Shown: piece after piece, positions 58,573-64,000 of the stretch
Numbering within the stretch: the first letter of the stretch is position 1
How the letters are laid out: every line of letters starts with the position of its first letter
NCBI GenBank assembly: GCA_963783375.1
Contig: CAWANH010000028.1
Location: 832,001 to 896,000, forward strand
DNA: 64,000 nt
Source of the DNA: Candidatus Eiseniibacteriota bacterium
GTDB taxonomy: Bacteria; Eisenbacteria; RBG-16-71-46; JABDJR01
Reading direction: 5' to 3'
The notes under the pieces: generated by a model
The model's database searches: none
What the model saw: the letters and a program-made list of their open reading frames with translations, nothing else
Told to the model about the DNA's origin: nothing
Position numbers and translations under genes: made by a program

Positions 58573-59595
58573 ATGAACCTGAAGAGGTCCTCTTTCTCCA
58601 TGAATGGCCGAAGGCTGGTCGGCTTGGCCGCGACCGCTTTGCTGGTTCTCGGATCGGCTCCGGCCCTGGCCGGGGACGGCGCCCCGGGCGGCGCGCCGTC
58701 CGGGGCGGCCCATGATCTGGCGCTCAGCCGAGCCCTGGCTCTCCATGCCGCCTCCCCCGAGGCCCCGACCTTGAACGCCGCGGTCAAGGATGCGCTCGAC
58801 GCCGGGGTTGGGCCCGACCTTCTGGCCGAGGTCCTGACCCGCTCCGCCGAAGAGGCGCTTCCCGACTCCGACCTGCTCCTCATCGTGGATCATGCCACCC
58901 GGCTTGCCCGTCGGGATCTCCCGGCGGGGCCGGTGGTCAGCCGCTACCTTCAGGGATTGTCCAAGGGGGTGCCATTTCCCCGCATCCAGGCGGTGACCGA
59001 TGAACTGGACACCCGCCTGGCCACGGCGGCCCGACGGGTCGACGCCTCCCTACCCACCCCCACCGACGCGGCGCTGCGCCGGGCCCGCCTTGCCGCCATC
59101 GACTACGGAGCCTACGCCTTGAGCGTCGGCGTCTCGGAGGCTGCCTTCGACCACTCCCTGGGACTGGTGGCCGATGAACCGCGCCCCCTGGAGGCGCTGC
59201 AATCCCCGCTTCTCACCATGGGCGTTCTGGTCTCCTCCGGGGTGGCTTCGGCCAAGTCGATGGAAGTGGTGGACATGGCCTGGAAGCGCGGCTTCCGCGG
59301 TGAGAACCTGGAGCGGCTGGGGAAGGCAGTGGGTCGCCTCAGCCGGGAGGAGGGCTCTTCCTCCAATTTCATGGGTCGGATACTGGCCATGATCGACGAT
59401 TCCTCCCAGGAGCGGGTATTCCAGGGGCTCGATGAATTGATCGGCCGTACCGAAGGGGGGCGCGGCAACACCACCATCGGCCCCGGCGAGGACCCCGGAA
59501 ACCGCCGGGTCCCGGGAGACCGGCCCATCAATCCCGGCCCCGGGAAGCACGAGGGCCAGCAGGACCAGCCCAGAGACGGGAGCGGAACCAACTGA
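58573..59595 (+). CDS. Secreted alpha-helical hypothetical protein
   Basis: Signal peptide (APALA), helical body (QGLSKGVP), Gly/Pro-rich tail. Confidence 0.8.
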   Translation: MNLKRSSFSMNGRRLVGLAATALLVLGSAPALAGDGAPGGAPSGAAHDLALSRALALHAASPEAPTLNAAVKDALDAGVGPDLLAEVLTRSAEEALPDSDLLLIVDHATRLARRDLPAGPVVSRYLQGLSKGVPFPRIQAVTDELDTRLATAARRVDASLPTPTDAALRRARLAAIDYGAYALSVGVSEAAFDHSLGLVADEPRPLEALQSPLLTMGVLVSSGVASAKSMEVVDMAWKRGFRGENLERLGKAVGRLSREEGSSSNFMGRILAMIDDSSQERVFQGLDELIGRTEGGRGNTTIGPGEDPGNRRVPGDRPINPGPGKHEGQQDQPRDGSGTN

Positions 59596-59787
59596 TTTGG
59601 GCCGGGATCGCCCGGCTGCCTCGCACGCCATCCCCCCCGGGCGGCCCGTTGATGGGGCCGCCCGATCCTTTTCCGGACCAGCTGAACCCGCTCCGGCACC
59701 GGCCGTCCCCTTGCGGTATGATGCAGATCAGCCGCCTTTCCGGTAGTCCCCGGGGATGAGGGCACCGGGGGCAGGGAGGTAGGGTCG

Positions 59788-60171
59788 TTGCCCACCATTC
59801 TCCTGGTCGAGGATGATCCAGCTGTTCGGAAGATGCTCGAAGTCCTGGTGCGGAGCGCGGGCTACGACGTTCTGATCGCGGCCCGCGGGGACGAGGCGCT
59901 GCGGATCCTGGACCGGGTTTCGCCGGAGATTCCCCCCCCGGTCGATGCCCTGGTCACCGACGTCATCATGCCCGGGGATCTCGACGGCGCCGAACTCGCC
60001 CGCCGCTTCAGGGAACGTTTCCCCGGTCTCGGGGTGGTTTGCACCTCGGGTTTCGTGCGCGATGCTCTCAGCGACACCTCCGAGCTTCCCGAGGGAGCGA
60101 TCTTCCTCCAGAAGCCCTTTTCGGCGGAAGATCTCCTGGATGCCCTGATCCGGGTGATTCCCCATGGCTGA
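59788..60171 (+). CDS. Single-domain response regulator receiver
   Basis: ILLVEDD, TDVIMPG, TSG, LQKPF. Confidence 0.9.
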   Translation: MPTILLVEDDPAVRKMLEVLVRSAGYDVLIAARGDEALRILDRVSPEIPPPVDALVTDVIMPGDLDGAELARRFRERFPGLGVVCTSGFVRDALSDTSELPEGAIFLQKPFSAEDLLDALIRVIPHG

Positions 60172-60378
60172 CGGGGTCGAGCGCGCCCGACTCTCCGGCA
60201 GCCGGAAAGGGGGGTCCAAGAACCCGAGGCGGTTCTGGTACACTGAGTGGCCGTTTCCCCCGCTGGCGGTCTTTCCGCATCCCGCAACGGTCGACCGGGG
60301 GTATCGCTACGAGACGCGAGCGCGCCGGCCGGGCCGCGTCGCCGCGCCCATTCGTGACCCAGGAGGAAATCAGAGCCG

Positions 60379-61599
60379 ATGGCCCTAGACGTGATGCTCG
60401 CCCGCGCCCAGTTCCCGGCGCTCTCGAGTGAATGGATCTTCATGGATAACGCCGGCGGGACCCAGGTTCCGCTCCAGGTGGCCGACGCCATGCGCGACTA
60501 CCTGCTTCACACCAACGTGCAGTTGGGGGCGAGCTACGAGGTTTCGAAGAAATCGGGGGAGGCGGTGTGGAATGCTCGCCGGCTGATGGCGGACATGATC
60601 GGAGCCGTGCCCGACGAGATCATCTTCGGGGCCAACACCAGCCAGCTCCTCCGCATGCTGGCCATGGTCCTCTCCACCCGCTGGGAGCCCGAGGACGAGG
60701 TCATCATCTCCCAGGCCGAGCACGAGGCCAACGCCGGCTGCTGGGAGTACCTCGAGCAGTTCGGCATCGTGGTCAAGACCTGGGAGATCGACAAGGAAAG
60801 CTACACCTTCGAGATCGACCGGCTCACCGACCTCCTGTCCGAGCGCACCCGGCTGATCGCCGTTCACCACTCCAGCAACATCCTCGGCAACGTGATGCCG
60901 ATTCGGGACGTGGTGAAGCTGGCCAAGGGCTCGGGAGCGATGGTCGTGGTGGACGGGGTGGGCTACGTCCCGCACCGGGCGGTGGACGTGAGAGACCTGG
61001 ATGTGGACTTCTACGTCTTCTCCAACTACAAGGTTTTCGGCCCCCACATGGGGGTCCTCTATGGCAAGGCCGAGCGGCTGAAGCAGATGCCCCGCTGGAA
61101 CCACTTCTTCATCGGCGAGGACGAGGTTCCGGGGAAGTTCGAGCTGGGGTCGGGCCAGTACGAGGGCGCGGCCAGCCTCCTGGGTCTCGAGAAGTACTTC
61201 CGGGCCCTGGGAAAGGCGTTCACCGCCCCCATCAAGAGCGTGTTCGGCGACGTCTACGAGGACATCCAGGCTCACGAGGGCCGGCTGACCCGCGATCTCC
61301 TGACCTTCCTCAACAAGCACCCCCGGGTCCACGTGGTGGGCGAGTCCGATCCCCGGCGCCTCGAGGATCGCCTCCCCATCGTCTCCTTCGTGGTCGATGA
61401 AGCCGACCCCGAGGAACTGGTACTCGAGGTGGACAAGGCCAAGGTCGGGATCCGCTGGGGTCACTTCTACGCGGTCCGCCTCCTCGACGCTCTGGACCTT
61501 CTCCAGTACAAGGGAGTGGTGCGGGTGAGTCTCGCCCACTACAACACCGAGAACGAGTTGGCGCGGCTCAAGGACGTGCTGGGGCCGCTGATCTCGTAG
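60379..61599 (+). CDS. Cysteine desulfurase-like class V aminotransferase
   Basis: DNAGGTQV, EHEAN, FSNYKVFGPH, RVSLAHYNT. Confidence 0.9.
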   Translation: MALDVMLARAQFPALSSEWIFMDNAGGTQVPLQVADAMRDYLLHTNVQLGASYEVSKKSGEAVWNARRLMADMIGAVPDEIIFGANTSQLLRMLAMVLSTRWEPEDEVIISQAEHEANAGCWEYLEQFGIVVKTWEIDKESYTFEIDRLTDLLSERTRLIAVHHSSNILGNVMPIRDVVKLAKGSGAMVVVDGVGYVPHRAVDVRDLDVDFYVFSNYKVFGPHMGVLYGKAERLKQMPRWNHFFIGEDEVPGKFELGSGQYEGAASLLGLEKYFRALGKAFTAPIKSVFGDVYEDIQAHEGRLTRDLLTFLNKHPRVHVVGESDPRRLEDRLPIVSFVVDEADPEELVLEVDKAKVGIRWGHFYAVRLLDALDLLQYKGVVRVSLAHYNTENELARLKDVLGPLIS

Positions 61600-61605
61600 T
61601 CGGGT

Positions 61606-62115
61606 TCAGCGCGTATCGGGTTTCGCGCTTCCCGTCTCCTCGAGGAAATCCGTCAGCGACCGGGTCTTCGCCCGCCGCGCCTCGCGGATGAACGCCGCGT
61701 AGCTTCCGGGAAAGTCCCCCGGGCGAAGCCGGAACCGCGGCTGCCCCAGGGCGTGGGGCCGGGGGGCGAGTTCGGGGGGGAGATGGGCCAGAACCTCCTC
61801 GCGCGCCTCCGCCCGGCTCGGGAGCCCCACTTCCAGGGTGAGCGAGTCCTCCTCGCCGGGGAGCGGCCGGTAGAGCGATGCGTAGTTCTTCGAGGTCCGC
61901 CACCGCCGGAGATGGACCGGGAGACTGAACACGGCCACCCGGTCGGTCACCCCTTCCCAGTCCTGGGTGTGGCACCGGCCGTCCAGCCCCCACAGGAAGC
62001 GGCAGACTTCCCGTCCCAGCCCGGCAAGTTCCCGGGACGACGTCGCGAAAAAGCCTTCCAGCACGACTTCATTGAATTTGCTGAGGGCAAAAACCTGTTC
62101 GCTTTCCATGGACAT
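61606..62115 (-). CDS. Hypothetical protein
   Basis: Protein-like composition from MSMESEQVF; divergent from XRE gene. Confidence 0.55.
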   Translation of the reverse strand: MSMESEQVFALSKFNEVVLEGFFATSSRELAGLGREVCRFLWGLDGRCHTQDWEGVTDRVAVFSLPVHLRRWRTSKNYASLYRPLPGEEDSLTLEVGLPSRAEAREEVLAHLPPELAPRPHALGQPRFRLRPGDFPGSYAAFIREARRAKTRSLTDFLEETGSAKPDTR

Positions 62116-62309
62116 GGCCGGTTCTCCCGGGTAGAGTTCGGGGCGCGTCCCCAGACGCGAAAACCATCCGGATTTGTCGCTCTTGGCCGCCGAACCCCTC
62201 CGGCGCCGAGGCCTCGGTCCCGCTGCAAGGCGCGGCGGAACCCGCCGGACGCACGCTACCAGAATTGTTCCCATAGGACAACGCAGGCCGCTGTAGCCGA
62301 GGAATTTCC

Positions 62310-63389
62310 ATGTCCGAATCCCCCCCTTCTCCTCCCTTCGAGGTTCGCTCCGGGGAGCTGGAGTGGCGGCTCTGGCTCGACGATCAGGGCGCTCTCGAAG
62401 CGCCGGACTGGGTGACCGTGCTTTCCCGCGAGGCGACGACGCGCATCGCGGACGCCGATCCCGGGAGCGCGATCCGGCTCCTGGAGCTCGCGGTGAGCCC
62501 GGCGAGCCCGGTATTCGACGGTCTCACCGGGCCGCGGGCCCGGGAGCTGGCCGGCCGCCTGGAGCGGGCCTGGAAGACCGCGGGATCGGAAGACGAGGCT
62601 GCGTTCGGTCCATGGGAGGATCGGGCGGGGGCGATTCTCGCGGTGCTCCATCGCTGGGTGCGGTACCGGCGGCATCGCCGCCGGGAACAGGCCGAGGCCT
62701 CGGCGGCTTCCCCCGCCGAAGAACGGAGCCGGGACGACCTCGACGGGTTCTATCGGGACTGGGTTCTCATTCCCCTCCGCGAGAACTTCCTCCGGGTCCT
62801 GGAGGATCGGGGCATCACCCGCCGGCAGTTCTGCGCGTCCCTGGGCATGAGCGAGGCGTACCTCTCCCAGATCCTGAACGGGCGGCGGAACCCCTCGCTC
62901 CGCAAGCTCTCCGAGATCTCCCGCGCCCTGGAGGTGGACCTGGGGCGGCTGTTCGCGGTGCGCGCCCACCGCGGCTCGGACTCCCCCTGGAAGAGAGGGA
63001 GTCATCCCGAGCCGGGGGACACCGGGAACTGGTTTCCCGGCAAGGTGTCGCGGCCCTACGCGGCCCTGGAGGCGCATTACCGCCTGATCTTCTATCCCGG
63101 GCCCGATCTTCCGGGGGAGAAGGTCCTGGCCCGGAGTTTTCTGATCGTGGATCCGGTCCCCGGCGAGCTCGCGTTCGAAGGACGCTACGCCCTTCAGGAC
63201 GAGAACGAAGTGGTCATGGTGGCCTCCTACGCGGGGACGAGTGGTGGTGGGAAGCGGCAACGCTTCATGGCATCGGACGGACGAACCCTGGAGGTGCCGG
63301 TATCCTCGCCCCGCGCGGGCGAGGAGAAGGTTCCGAGGGGGGAGTCGCATTTCCTGGGCCGGGTGACCGGGACCCTGGTGGAGTTTTGA
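62310..63389 (+). CDS. Protein with central XRE-type HTH and unknown flanking domains
   Basis: GITRRQFCASLGMSEAYLSQILNGRRNPSLRKLSEISRALEV. Confidence 0.8.
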   Translation: MSESPPSPPFEVRSGELEWRLWLDDQGALEAPDWVTVLSREATTRIADADPGSAIRLLELAVSPASPVFDGLTGPRARELAGRLERAWKTAGSEDEAAFGPWEDRAGAILAVLHRWVRYRRHRRREQAEASAASPAEERSRDDLDGFYRDWVLIPLRENFLRVLEDRGITRRQFCASLGMSEAYLSQILNGRRNPSLRKLSEISRALEVDLGRLFAVRAHRGSDSPWKRGSHPEPGDTGNWFPGKVSRPYAALEAHYRLIFYPGPDLPGEKVLARSFLIVDPVPGELAFEGRYALQDENEVVMVASYAGTSGGGKRQRFMASDGRTLEVPVSSPRAGEEKVPRGESHFLGRVTGTLVEF

Positions 63390-63391
63390 AC

Positions 63392-64000
63392 ATGAAACGA
63401 CTCACGTGGATCGGGCTCTTCGTGCTCTCGATCATGACCGTGGCGGTGGGGGCGGCCCTGGCCTCCGACGGCGCGGTTCCCGAGAGAAAGGACATCGAGG
63501 CCAAGTACAAGTGGGCGCTGGAGGACATCTATCCCACCGACCAGGCCTGGGAAGCCGACTTCCAGAAGTTCCAGGCGGCGATTCAGGAGATCGCCCAGTA
63601 CAAGGGAAAGCTGGGGGAGAGCGGGGAGACCCTGCTCGCCGCGCTCAAGACGCGGGACGGGCTCGGTGAACTCCATGGAAAGCTCTTCGTCTACGCCTCC
63701 ATGCGTTACGACCAGGACACCCGGGTCGACCTCTACGCCGGGATGCGGGACCGGATCTCGAGCCTCGGGGTGCAGTTCGCCCAGGCCGCGGCCTACATGG
63801 AGCCGGAGATCCTGGCCGTTCCCCGCGACGACCTGTGGGCGATGGTGGATAAGACCCCCGGGCTCGACCTCTACCGGCACTACCTGGACGACCTGATCCG
63901 GGGCCAGGCCCATACCCTGAGCGCGGAGGAGGAGGAGCTCCTCGCGCTCTCCAGCGACGTATCCGGCACCTTCGGCAAGACCTTCGGGGCTTTCCACAAC
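63392..64000 (+). CDS. pepF: Oligoendopeptidase F (M3B) with signal peptide, truncated by window
   Basis: Manual translation MKRLTWIGLF...PERKDIEAKYKWALEDIYPTDQAWEADF...LFVYASMRYDQDT...HTLSAEEEELLA. Confidence 0.88.
   Translation, partial: MKRLTWIGLFVLSIMTVAVGAALASDGAVPERKDIEAKYKWALEDIYPTDQAWEADFQKFQAAIQEIAQYKGKLGESGETLLAALKTRDGLGELHGKLFVYASMRYDQDTRVDLYAGMRDRISSLGVQFAQAAAYMEPEILAVPRDDLWAMVDKTPGLDLYRHYLDDLIRGQAHTLSAEEEELLALSSDVSGTFGKTFGAFHN

Noticed and set aside
60379-61599. Absence of the persulfide Cys (GHFYA) as a novelty
   Set aside because: Cys-less GxFYA is typical of a known cysteine-desulfurase-like subfamily
1-64000. Numerous long antisense or alternate-frame ORFs (e.g. 6006..8147, 9922..11820, 28390..30720, 43826..46720)
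   Set aside because: Shadow ORFs expected at high GC; they overlap well-supported genes and lack recognisable motifs

Overview
High-GC (roughly 70%, by eye) diderm bacterial chromosome segment. Many proteins end in a FlgD-like/PNPF C-terminal domain or a short TW(G/S)xxKxxY tail, which suggests an FCB-group candidate lineage such as Eisenbacteria or Krumholzibacteriota (inference). I see no rRNA, tRNA, CRISPR array or transposase. Main blocks: (1) ABC/FetB-SatD genes, a degenerate STAND regulator, nfo and a sigma-54 two-component operon divergent from an FHA gene; (2) a 16.6 kb same-strand cluster (14486-31122) of secreted modular proteins built from cohesin-like, dockerin-like, FN3, beta-helix and CBM-like modules plus a GH5 enzyme, all ending in one of two apparently interchangeable C-terminal signals; (3) BlaI/M56, HxlR/VOC and boxR-boxC-boxB; (4) a mixed region with a candidate structured RNA, rmuC and an HNH gene; (5) an ECF sigma / CBM48 anti-sigma / barrel-CBM48 locus whose candidate promoter (TGTAACC-N14-CCGTCMAA) occurs three times locally. 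Scattered frameshifts and a 1 kb almost T-free tract indicate an error-prone assembly, so broken genes are probably not true pseudogenes. All family assignments are from motif recognition by eye; no searches were run.
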